A stretch of DNA of 64,000 bases. It comes from an uncultured Thermoplasmatales archaeon. Lineage in GTDB: Archaea; Thermoplasmatota; E2; DHVEG-1. Made by a program: the position numbers and the translations under genes. A model generated the notes under the pieces. That model was not told where the DNA came from. It searched no databases and worked only from the letters and a program-made list of their open reading frames with translations. Where the stretch lies: assembly GCA_964615235.1 (NCBI GenBank), contig CAZTMK010000012.1, forward strand, positions 844 to 64,843. The letters are read 5' to 3'. Every line of letters starts with the position of its first letter. Positions within the stretch are counted from its first letter, which is position 1. This document shows, in pieces, positions 9,431 to 18,634 of this stretch.

Positions 9431-10477
9431 ATGGCTAGGATATTATATGGTGTTTGTGGGGAAGGGATGGGGCATGCTATTAGAAGTTCCATTCTTATAA
9501 AACATCTGAAAAATCATCACGATCTTTACATTGTTGCTGGCAACAAAGCCTATGCATTTTTAAACAATGAATTCGAAAACGTAGTAAAAATTGAGTCCCC
9601 TCGCTTGATGTATGATAGGGGAGAGGTTAATTTGCTAAAAAGTATAGCATATATGGTTTATAAATCAATTTCTAGTTCTCCTATTTCCTATAAAAGAGTT
9701 CGCAAAATAATTAATGAATTTCAACCCGATCTTGTAATTTCTGATGCAGAACCAATCTGTCATCTGGCAGCACGCATAAGCAATATTAAAAGAATGAGTA
9801 TTGACAATCCTCATGTTCTAGTTTACAGAAAATATAAGGTAAAAATAAATGAGATTTTTTCATGGTTTTGTTTATTAGTAGCAGTAAAAATTTCGCTTTA
9901 CGGGGCCAATAAATACATAGTCTATGATTACTTCAGTAAACCTAGTAGCAAACCAAATGTTATATTTTTAAAGCCATTAATCCAGGAGGGAATCGTAAAA
10001 CAAAAACCGTCTTATCAGAATCATATCTTTGTATATCAAACATCAGTTTCTACAGAATATATAACAGATGTATTCCGTGATTTTTCTGAAACTTTTGTAA
10101 TTTATGGCTTTAATAGAGATTATAAAAAAGGCAATATTATTTTTAAAAAATTCAATGAGAACGAGTTTTTTGCAGATATTGCTACAGCAAAAGCAGTAAT
10201 CACAAACGGCGGTTTTACAGCTATTTCTGAGGCATTATTTCTTAAAAAGCCCATATTTTCTTTACCATTAAAATCCCAGTTTGAACAGATTTTAAATGGT
10301 AGATTTATTGAAAAACTTGGTGCAGGCGTGTCTCACATGATGTTGAATAAACAAAATCTGAGTAATTTTTTAAAAAATCTAGAGACATATAAACAAAAAT
10401 TGCAAAAATATGATCCGGGTAGACAAGAGGAGACACTCAATACAATAGACAAGGAAATCAATAAGATTATTTCTTAA
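9431..10477 (+). CDS. GT-B glycosyltransferase, MJ1255/TIGR00661-like (MurG/UDP-glucuronosyltransferase-related)
   Basis: N-terminal MARILYGVCGEGMGHAIRS (glycine-rich motif typical of this family). C-terminal VITNGGFTAISEALFLKKPIFSLP. Paralog of the 58811-59884 gene (MKVLYGICSWGLGHATRS). Confidence 0.7.
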   Translation: MARILYGVCGEGMGHAIRSSILIKHLKNHHDLYIVAGNKAYAFLNNEFENVVKIESPRLMYDRGEVNLLKSIAYMVYKSISSSPISYKRVRKIINEFQPDLVISDAEPICHLAARISNIKRMSIDNPHVLVYRKYKVKINEIFSWFCLLVAVKISLYGANKYIVYDYFSKPSSKPNVIFLKPLIQEGIVKQKPSYQNHIFVYQTSVSTEYITDVFRDFSETFVIYGFNRDYKKGNIIFKKFNENEFFADIATAKAVITNGGFTAISEALFLKKPIFSLPLKSQFEQILNGRFIEKLGAGVSHMMLNKQNLSNFLKNLETYKQKLQKYDPGRQEETLNTIDKEINKIIS

Positions 10478-10497
10478 GCAAGTTTGGCTGTTTAAAA

Positions 10498-11487
10498 CTA
10501 TAAAATGTAATTGCCACTACCAAGATTATACTGTGATTTAAAGATTGGTGACAAATTATCAGTGCTTGATGTAATGATTGATAAGGAACTAGTATCATTT
10601 TTCAAATAATAATTAAACCATGGAACGACATAATGTAAAATCACATCTTTTTGCCATCTTGGGCATGGACATAGTGAATTAAAAGCAGTAGTGAAACCAA
10701 AATGGGTTCCTAATTTAATCATTATCAATTCTTTAGGTGCATTTGCTCTTTTATATGACATTTGAATCATAGGAATACTAAACAATCCATAATCAAAATC
10801 AGTGCCGATAAATTGAATTGGAATAGTAATGTCATCTGCATAAATTGGATTTGCATGTGACATTGCAATGACTGCATCAAAACGATCATCGACAGCAGCT
10901 ATTTCAGACGCCGTTATTCCTCCAAAAGAATGACCAATCAAGCCAATACTTGAAGTATTAATCATAGTTTTTACTGGGCTATCCTCAATTAAATATGTTA
11001 AGGCATCAGATCCAGCCTGAACCCAATCACCAACAAAGTAATGTAGAGGGGAAATTATATATGATCCGAAACGGAAATATAAGTTAAGTAATTGGACGGA
11101 AACTCCCCAAATTGGAACGAATCCTTCTGATTTTCCAAGACCTGGCGGGTCATATATAAATGTGACATATCCTTGTTCTGCCAAGGCTTTGGGTATCCAG
11201 CTATAGGCATTTAGATAGCCAGGAAAACCCTCGCAAAATATGATGCATGGATATTTTTTACTATCATCAGTGGGATGAAATATATTGCCGTATAAAGTGT
11301 AGTTGCTGCTTGTAAAATATATAGATGTATTTTCAATCTCGGTAAGGTTTTCCTCTAGATTTGTTTCTTTTACTGATAATGTTGAAGCCGTTAATGGAGA
11401 ATTAAAAATTTGAGTTAAAAATAAGAAAATTATGAAAAGTGTAAAAATTGTGATTTTGTTTATATGTATAAAAAATTGCTTATTCAT
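10498..11487 (-). CDS. Secreted alpha/beta-hydrolase (esterase/lipase-like)
   Basis: Signal peptide, then nucleophile elbow LIGHSFGG (GxSxG). Overlaps the upstream gene's stop by 8 nt, indicating an operon. Confidence 0.7.
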   Translation of the reverse strand: MNKQFFIHINKITIFTLFIIFLFLTQIFNSPLTASTLSVKETNLEENLTEIENTSIYFTSSNYTLYGNIFHPTDDSKKYPCIIFCEGFPGYLNAYSWIPKALAEQGYVTFIYDPPGLGKSEGFVPIWGVSVQLLNLYFRFGSYIISPLHYFVGDWVQAGSDALTYLIEDSPVKTMINTSSIGLIGHSFGGITASEIAAVDDRFDAVIAMSHANPIYADDITIPIQFIGTDFDYGLFSIPMIQMSYKRANAPKELIMIKLGTHFGFTTAFNSLCPCPRWQKDVILHYVVPWFNYYLKNDTSSLSIITSSTDNLSPIFKSQYNLGSGNYIL

Positions 11488-12982
11488 AGTATCTCATCCA
11501 GATATCACAGGGTCTTTTTTGCATCCAAGGTTTTACAATTGTAAATGTACCAATAACAATATTGTTGCTCCCAATCGGATACTCAATCATTGCTCTTGCT
11601 CCTTGAGTAAGCCCGTAACCAAATCCGCTGTCTATCTCGCCCTCTCCAGTTTTTGCAATGGGTTCCCATTTACTTCCGTCGTATCTCCAGACTTCACAAC
11701 CTTTTGTATCCTCGTTCATAAATCTTAGGTGTTGTGTATTAAGTGTACCCACCCATAGATAATCATCCGACGTTACTGTCATTGACCAAATGTATTTATT
11801 ATATCTTGAACCAAACCCGTCCTTTTCGTATGGATTTGTTTGCTGATCCCCAATTATTTGTGTCCAGTTCATACCATCGTATTTCCATAATTCGCAGGCT
11901 TGCACGTTTTCCCCATTGAATTGATATGCATTTGCCGCCACTGCTACATATAATTCATCTTTGTAAACTTCCATACGTCTGATACCGTAATTTTCCTCAT
12001 TACCAAAACCATTTCCATTAGGTATATCTACCTTTTCCCAATTTTCTCCGTCGTAGGTTCTCCATAATTGACAACCACCTTCTGGTAGTTTGAATAACGA
12101 ATTACAGTTGAAAGTACCTGCATACAATTTGTCTTTGTAAACTTTCAAGTCCCAAGCATATGAATTGTGAAAGAACTGTTGATTTTCTGGAAGAAAATCC
12201 CTAAAACCCCTATCAACCACTTTTTCCCAAGTGTTTCCATCTTCTGATCTCCAGATCTGGCACCCTCCCTCGTTTATACAATTCCAGTTCATTGTTCCAA
12301 TATATAAATGATCATTGAAGCTCTCTGCACTCCAAAATGCATTGTTATCGGAATTATTAAAACCACCATTAATTTTGGCATTTCTACCTACTACTTGCTC
12401 CCATGAATTACCATCGTATCTCCACAGTTCCCCACCGATTCCTTTTGGAGTGTTCCAGGTTCCAACGTATAGATCTCCCTTAAATTCGATAATTATTGAA
12501 GCTGCAATGGTTTTTGTATCTCCAAATCCTGCGGGTAAATCTGCATCTGGATTAGGTCCAACAAGCTGTGTACATTTATCATCGCTGTAATTGTATTTCC
12601 AAACTTGGCAACCATCACTTGCCCGAGATCTTAAGTGCATAAATCGAAAAATCATTTTGCATGCAATCAATTCTAACAAACTTCCCTGATTTTTAAACAG
12701 CTTTAAAAATAAAGGAAAGAAACCGGCAAGTATAATATCTTTGTAACTCAACACATTTTTTTGGTTGAAACTCTGCGTACCTAAATATAGTTCATCTTTG
12801 TAAACTGCCATTCCACGAATTGCAACATTTGATCCCTTGCAAAATTCAATTTTTTCGTCTGCACTCATCAATTCTTTCCAATTAGCTTCATTAATGGCTA
12901 GCTCATTTTGACTTGATACAGGGATAATCGATGGAGATAATATTGTCATTATTACGGCAATACCAACGATTTTTCCATGCAT
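11480..12982 (-). CDS. Secreted beta-propeller-like repeat protein
   Basis: Signal peptide MHGKIVGIAVIMTILSPSIIPVSS. At least six about 50-aa repeats ending in C(Q/E)(V/L/I)W(R/K)Y(D)G.xW(E/T)(K/Q)V, preceded by LY(V/A/I)GT. Confidence 0.6.
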   Translation of the reverse strand: MHGKIVGIAVIMTILSPSIIPVSSQNELAINEANWKELMSADEKIEFCKGSNVAIRGMAVYKDELYLGTQSFNQKNVLSYKDIILAGFFPLFLKLFKNQGSLLELIACKMIFRFMHLRSRASDGCQVWKYNYSDDKCTQLVGPNPDADLPAGFGDTKTIAASIIIEFKGDLYVGTWNTPKGIGGELWRYDGNSWEQVVGRNAKINGGFNNSDNNAFWSAESFNDHLYIGTMNWNCINEGGCQIWRSEDGNTWEKVVDRGFRDFLPENQQFFHNSYAWDLKVYKDKLYAGTFNCNSLFKLPEGGCQLWRTYDGENWEKVDIPNGNGFGNEENYGIRRMEVYKDELYVAVAANAYQFNGENVQACELWKYDGMNWTQIIGDQQTNPYEKDGFGSRYNKYIWSMTVTSDDYLWVGTLNTQHLRFMNEDTKGCEVWRYDGSKWEPIAKTGEGEIDSGFGYGLTQGARAMIEYPIGSNNIVIGTFTIVKPWMQKRPCDIWMRYYE

Positions 12983-13321
12983 CTTTCACATACCCCAATT
13001 TTTCTTTTATTTAATGAAGTTTGTATTTATATAGCATTATTATTGTAACAATATTATATTACATCATTTAAATATGTTTTTATGCGAGATTTTTTTCGGT
13101 TGATTTATTTAGTGTTTTTCGGTTATATGTCAACCTTCTATTTATTTAAATTATTTTAATATAAATAAAAAAGTAATCATCAAAAAATAGGTCAAACTAC
13201 TATATATGTTAAAGAAATTATGTTAATTGCACAATAATAGCAAATTTCTGTTATCATTCTGATTCCAATTCTTTGTGGTTCAAATAAAGAGAAAAAATTA
13301 ATGGGAAAATTTTGATAACAT

Positions 13322-14449
13322 TTATTCTAGAACATGGATGTTTTTCTTTTTTGAAATTTCCTTAAGTTCCCTAGGCCATACTGTTACACTAACTTCTCCT
13401 AAATGAGCTTTCTTTAAAAGAAGCATATAGGTTCTTGATTGACCTATGCCGCCCCCGATGCTTAATGGAATTTCATTGTTCAGAATTGCCTTATGATAAG
13501 GTAGATTTAAAAAATCTAATTGATTACTTAATTCCAGTTGCTCTCTCAGAGTTTTTGGAGTCACTCTTACCCCCATGGATGTTAATTCATGTCTTCGTTT
13601 AGTCACTGAATTCCAAACAAGAATATCTCCATTTAAACCATGCATAGGGGTTCCATTTCTAGATATTGTTTCGGTTATCCAATCATCATAATCAGCCGCC
13701 CTCATCTCATGAGGATATCCATCACTCAGGGGCCAACCTATGCCTATTATAAATACTGCAGGATGCTCTTGCAGAATTTCCGTTTCCCTCTTTTTTCGAG
13801 GTAGGTCTGGATATTGATCTAATAGTTCTTCAGCATGAATAAACTTGAGTTTATTCGGTAAATTTGGATACTTGTCTGTTATTAATTTTGGATATTTATC
13901 AAGTAAATAGTTTTCAGCACCCTTCAAAACTTTCCATATTTTTGTTACGGTATCCTTTAAATAATCTAAATTTCTTTGATCTTTTGTTATCACTTTCTCC
14001 CAATCCCATTGATCAACATATGAACTATGATCGTGATCGAGAAAATAGTCTTTGCGAACTGCCCTCATGTCAGTACAAATACCCTCTCCAAGATCGATGT
14101 CAAATTGTTTTAATGCAACTCTCTTCCATTTTGTAACAGCTTGCACAATCTGAGCGCGAATTGGATTTTTTAATCCCAAACCACAATTAAATTCGATAGG
14201 TGTTCTTGAACCATCACGATCCAAGTAATCATTTACTCCACTTTCCACATCAACGATAAGAGGACAAGTTACCATCATTAAATTCAATTCTTTACAAAGA
14301 TTTTCTTCAATGTAGCTTTTAACATCGAAAAGTGCTTTCTGTGTTTCCTTTTTATCTAAAAGAGATGAATAATTAGATGGTAGTGCCTTTTCTACATCTG
14401 AATAATTACCAATTCCTGGTCCCGCTAGATCTGCCTTTTTTAAATCCAT
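13322..14449 (-). CDS. asnA: Aspartate--ammonia ligase (asparagine synthetase A)
   Basis: Conserved AsnA blocks: [61 protein letters not shown] (compare E. coli AsnA [45 protein letters not shown]). I call the start at MDLKK (AGGAGA RBS). An upstream in-frame ATG at 14503 is an alternative. Confidence 0.85.
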   Translation of the reverse strand: [375 protein letters not shown]

Positions 14450-14692
14450 GATTGTCGATTCTCCTAGGGGGTACAATCTAAAACGATTTTTAAATTTTTG
14501 CAATAATTGTATCCTGTAGAATTTTTATTATATTAATGAATAAAAAATTTTAAATAAACTTAAATGTAAGTCTATCATTACGAATCAATATTTTAAATAA
14601 TTAAAATGAAAAGAAAATTTGTAGAGGAAACTTTTAAATTACCGTACAATTATTTATTACTAAAATAAATATTAATTTGTACAGTGATTTGT

Positions 14693-16636
14693 ATGAAAAA
14701 AATTGTGATGAAATATATGGCAAGTATTGTTACTACAATATTTATAATCTCAGGATTTCTGCCAGCCGTAGGTTCTGTTATTAATGAAAATGATTATTCG
14801 TATGATTCAAATATAAAATATATTGAAAAGTCATTTACTTTTTCATTTCCTGAAATTGTCCCTTATAAAGATAATTATATAATAAGAATAGCAGAGACAG
14901 ATCTAAATAGGATTGACCCAGGTAATCCAGTTTTACCAGTCAATTTATCTGTATTTGAGCTAGAGTTCGGTAGTGAAATTATTGATGTATTTTACATACA
15001 TTCCTCTCCCTGGATTTTTACACTTCCATCAAATCTTACTTTTGGATTAAACCCTGGAGTAGATAACAACATTATTCCAATTTATAAACCACAAATTACA
15101 ACAAATGATTTAGAAGAAAGCGACTTTTATCCTGATAATTGGATTTCATATAAAACTGGTGGCAGTCTTGTGGACAACTTGCATAAAACTATCTTATCAT
15201 TTCGAGTTTATCCGGTAAGATATCAAGAGGCCACTCGTCAACTTCAATTTATCCAACAAATAGCTGTAAACATAAGTTACAGGGAACCAGTAAATTCATT
15301 ATTGCCTAATTATAGCACATATGATTTACTGATAATTGCCCCCAATGAATTTATAAAACATCTTGAACCCCTTAGAGACCATAAGAACAGTTATGATGTA
15401 AATACCAAGCTAGTATCATTAAATGAAGTTTATGAAAAAATGTACTGGCAAGGTCGAGATAATGCTGAGAAAATTAAATATTTCATAAAATCATCTATCG
15501 AGAACTGGGGGGTCAAGTATGTTCTTTTGGTCGGTGGGATAAAAGGACAGTCAACCGAATGGAATCTTCCCGCCAGATACAGTCACGTTGTTCCGCCAGA
15601 AGAACAGGAATATCCCGAAGCTTCATTCATATCTGACCTATATTATGCAGACATTTATGATGGAGCCGGAAAATTTTCCAGTTGGGATTCAAATGGTGAT
15701 GATTTCTTTGCGGAATGGAGTGCAACGTTTAAGGATAATATGGATGTATACCCAGATGTGTATCTTGGTAGACTTCCGTGTAGAAATACCGCCGAAGTAA
15801 AAATCATGGTTGATAAAATTATAAATTACGAAAACTCTCCTTCTAGAAATAAACAGTGGTTTAAAAATCTTCTACTTGTTGGAGGCGATTCATATGTTGA
15901 GCAAGCCCAAATTAATGAAGGAGAACTTATTTGTGATGAGGCAGCCCTTAAAATGCCAGGTTTTACTCCTGTTGAAGTATACGCCACTCAAAACGATATA
16001 AATGGTCAAACAGTAAATAATGCCTTGAATCAAGGTTCAGGATTTGCATATTTCTGTGGTCATGGAAGTGACGTATCTTGGAATACTCATTTCTTTCCGG
16101 CAAACGATACAAACTGGTGTTCTGGTTATACTATTATTGACATGATTTTCCTTAAAAATAAATACAAACTGCCAGTAACTATCGTTGGTGGATGTCACAA
16201 TGGTCAATTTGATATCTCTATTATGAAAAGTATTAAAAAAGGCCTAGATAAAAAAGGTTTAAAGTACTTCTTGCCAAGTAGCAGATTTTGGTATGATGGA
16301 TGGGCACCGAACTGCTGGGCTTGGTGGTTAACAAGTAAAATTGGCGGTGGAGCAATTGCAACAATTGCAAATACAGGACTCGGAACACATGGTGATGGCG
16401 ATATTGATAACAACTCTATTGCTGATTATCTGGAAGTCCTCGATGGATGGTTGGAATTGAGATTTCTGGAATTTTATGGTAAGGAAAATAAAGATATACT
16501 GGGAGAAAATCATGGTCAAACTATAACTGAATATCTTAACAGGTTTATCGGTAATGAAGCAAAGATGGACGTAAAAATGGTTCAACAATGGGAGCTTCTT
16601 GGGGATCCTTCATTAAAAATAGGAGGTTATGAATAA
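14693..16636 (+). CDS. Secreted peptidase C25 (gingipain)-like cysteine protease
   Basis: Signal peptide after MKKIVMKYMASIVTTIFIISGFLPAVGSV. Blocks YVLLVGG, VYLGRLPCRNTAEVKIMVDKIINYENS, putative His in YFCGHGS and Cys in VGGCHNG. Strongly paralogous to 34052-37927. The ORF track starts at the GTG at 14684. Confidence 0.65.
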   Translation: MKKIVMKYMASIVTTIFIISGFLPAVGSVINENDYSYDSNIKYIEKSFTFSFPEIVPYKDNYIIRIAETDLNRIDPGNPVLPVNLSVFELEFGSEIIDVFYIHSSPWIFTLPSNLTFGLNPGVDNNIIPIYKPQITTNDLEESDFYPDNWISYKTGGSLVDNLHKTILSFRVYPVRYQEATRQLQFIQQIAVNISYREPVNSLLPNYSTYDLLIIAPNEFIKHLEPLRDHKNSYDVNTKLVSLNEVYEKMYWQGRDNAEKIKYFIKSSIENWGVKYVLLVGGIKGQSTEWNLPARYSHVVPPEEQEYPEASFISDLYYADIYDGAGKFSSWDSNGDDFFAEWSATFKDNMDVYPDVYLGRLPCRNTAEVKIMVDKIINYENSPSRNKQWFKNLLLVGGDSYVEQAQINEGELICDEAALKMPGFTPVEVYATQNDINGQTVNNALNQGSGFAYFCGHGSDVSWNTHFFPANDTNWCSGYTIIDMIFLKNKYKLPVTIVGGCHNGQFDISIMKSIKKGLDKKGLKYFLPSSRFWYDGWAPNCWAWWLTSKIGGGAIATIANTGLGTHGDGDIDNNSIADYLEVLDGWLELRFLEFYGKENKDILGENHGQTITEYLNRFIGNEAKMDVKMVQQWELLGDPSLKIGGYE

Positions 16637-16679
16637 AATAAAAAAAATAAAATAAAGAAAGAAGATAATTAATTCTTAT

Positions 16680-16865
16680 CTACTTCTTTTTTAGATATGG
16701 AAGGCCGGTTCTTTTGTTTACACCAACTGTGTAATGGTCTGGTTTATCACAAGGGGTGCCACTTTTTGGAGATTTTTTACTAAAGAAATAAATCGTCTGA
16801 TTCCTTCCACCCTTAAGCTTTACATTTCTTGTGTATAGTGTCCATCCTTCATACGTATATGCCAT
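16680..16865 (-). CDS. Conserved small basic protein (61 aa), unknown function
   Basis: Perfect AGGAGGT RBS 7 nt upstream of the ATG. MAYTYEGWTLYTRNVKLKGGRNQTIYFFSKKSPKSGTPCDKPDHYTVGVNKRTGLPYLKKK. Lies immediately downstream of thiC on the same strand. Confidence 0.6.
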   Translation of the reverse strand: MAYTYEGWTLYTRNVKLKGGRNQTIYFFSKKSPKSGTPCDKPDHYTVGVNKRTGLPYLKKK

Positions 16866-16974
16866 ATATCTTACCTCCTAGAAGGAAAACAGGTTGCATC
16901 ATTTAAACCTTTCCTTCATATGCCTCCGATAAAGGCATTGTTCTTATTAATTTTTCCCAAAAAAACTTAAAAAA

Positions 16975-18255
16975 TTAATTTAGAAATTTTTTTACAAGCT
17001 CTATTGCACAAAGATTACCACACATTGAACAAGCTTTTTCATCCTCAAGGGGCAATCTTTTTTGTCTGTATTCCTTAGCTTTTTTATTATCTATACAAAG
17101 TTTGAACATTTTTTCCCAGTCAAGATCTTCTCTTGCTTTGCTGAAAGACGCGTCAATATCTCTATCTATTCCTCTTGCCAAATCAGCGGCATGTGCAGCA
17201 ATTCGAGTGGCTATTACGCCATCCCTAACATCATTAGCATCTGGAAGAGATAAATGCTCAGCTGGGGTAAGATAACATAGAAAGTCAGCACCAACATAGC
17301 CAGCCAAAGCACCGCCAATCCCACCCACAAAATGATCGTATCCAGGAGCAATATCGGTTACAAGGGGCCCTAATACAAAATAGGGCGCTTCTTTAGTAAT
17401 ATTTTTCATAATTTGAATGTTTGATGTTATGTCGTTTAAAGGCATATGGCCAGGTCCTTCAACCATTGTTTGAACTCCATATTCTCGGGCTCTTTCTACG
17501 AGTTCTCCTATCACTAAAAGTTCTTGAATTTTTGCTCTGTCATTTGAATCAAAAATTGCTCCTGAGCGCATTCCGTCACCTAGACTTAAAGTTACATCAT
17601 ATTTTTTTGCCAGATCCAATAAATAATCAAAATTTTTGTAGAGAGGATTTTCCATTTCATTATGAATTATCCATGCCATATGGAAGGAGCCACCTCTTGA
17701 AACCATCGGAATAAGACGTTTTTGTCTACGAAGTCTTTCAACACTTTGCTTTGTTACACCGACATGAGTTACAGCAAAATCTACACCTTGTTTAGCCTGT
17801 TTTTCAAAAGTATTGAACATGTCGTCTTCTGTCATATCTATAATTGCGCCATGTTTTTTTATTGCTTCAATGCCAGTCTGATATATTGGAACGGTTCCAA
17901 AAGGAACTTTAACTACTTTTAGCAAGGATAAACGGATTGAATCGAGATTTCCTCCAGTAGATAAGTCCATTACAGCATGGGTTCCAGCATCAATTGAGAT
18001 TTTAGCCTTTTCAATTTCCTCCTCGGGTTTACAATGTTCGCGAGAAGTTCCTATATTTGCATTAACTTTTACCCGCAGTCCCTTGCCTATTCCTACTGGT
18101 ATAGGAGAATGATTTGGGTTATAAGGTATTACGATTTTTCCTGAGGCAACTCTTTTTCTGATGACAGCATTAGCCAAATGCTCATTTTTAGAAATTTCTT
18201 TCATCTGGGCAGTAATTTTTCCTTGTTTAGCATCCGATATTTGAGTCATATCCAA
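16975..18255 (-). CDS. thiC: Phosphomethylpyrimidine synthase ThiC (thiamine pyrimidine biosynthesis)
   Basis: 426 aa with characteristic ThiC blocks: VHVGVT, GIVSRGGS, DGMRSG, YLCYLTPAEHL (here LCYLTPAEHLSLP). C-terminal CSMCGNLCAIE (CX2CX4C Fe-S motif of ThiC). Confidence 0.93.
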   Translation of the reverse strand: MDMTQISDAKQGKITAQMKEISKNEHLANAVIRKRVASGKIVIPYNPNHSPIPVGIGKGLRVKVNANIGTSREHCKPEEEIEKAKISIDAGTHAVMDLSTGGNLDSIRLSLLKVVKVPFGTVPIYQTGIEAIKKHGAIIDMTEDDMFNTFEKQAKQGVDFAVTHVGVTKQSVERLRRQKRLIPMVSRGGSFHMAWIIHNEMENPLYKNFDYLLDLAKKYDVTLSLGDGMRSGAIFDSNDRAKIQELLVIGELVERAREYGVQTMVEGPGHMPLNDITSNIQIMKNITKEAPYFVLGPLVTDIAPGYDHFVGGIGGALAGYVGADFLCYLTPAEHLSLPDANDVRDGVIATRIAAHAADLARGIDRDIDASFSKAREDLDWEKMFKLCIDNKKAKEYRQKRLPLEDEKACSMCGNLCAIELVKKFLN

Positions 18256-18319
18256 TCATCATAAATATATACTAAGATATTAACAATACTAAAGGAGTAT
18301 TTTAAACTCTCTGATGTTT

Positions 18320-18370
18320 AGATAGCAGCTGTATCAATATAGATAATTTTATAACAGAAACTGCTATACG
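18320..18370. promoter_or_regulatory. Imperfect inverted repeat (ATAGCAGCTGT ... ACAGAAACTGCTAT) in the divergent thiC / RAM-domain intergenic region
   Basis: About 11-14 bp arms separated by about 21 nt of AT-rich spacer (ATCAATATAGATAATTTTATA). Position is consistent with an operator overlapping promoter elements. Confidence 0.3.
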
Positions 18371-18390
18371 GCGTCAAATTAGGTGAAATT

Positions 18391-18630
18391 ATGATCAATG
18401 CTTACATCCTTATCATGATGCAACCAGGTAAAACTGACAAAGCAATAAAAGAAATGGAAAAAATTGATAAGGTAGCAAAAATCTCAATTATTGCAGGTGA
18501 ATATGATATTGTAGTTAGAGCTCAAGTTGATTCTCTTGAAGAACTACTTGATGTAACTGATAAAATTCAACTTGTGGACGGAGTGAGTAAAACAACAACA
18601 CAGGTTATAGAAAAGGAGATCACTCTCTGA
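18391..18630 (+). CDS. Stand-alone RAM (Lrp/AsnC C-terminal ligand-binding) domain protein
   Basis: 79 aa. YILIMMQPGKTDKAIKEMEKIDKVAKISIIAGEYDIVVRAQVDSLEELLDVTDKIQLVDGVSKTTTQVI is a typical beta-alpha-beta-beta-alpha-beta RAM pattern. Confidence 0.7.
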   Translation: MINAYILIMMQPGKTDKAIKEMEKIDKVAKISIIAGEYDIVVRAQVDSLEELLDVTDKIQLVDGVSKTTTQVIEKEITL

Positions 18631-18634
18631 GATT

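Noticed and set aside
18256-18390. TPP riboswitch upstream of thiC
   Set aside because: Visual search on both strands found no CUGAGA / GGGG...ACCC TPP core. Only an inverted repeat is present. Reported as a finding to be checked with a covariance model.
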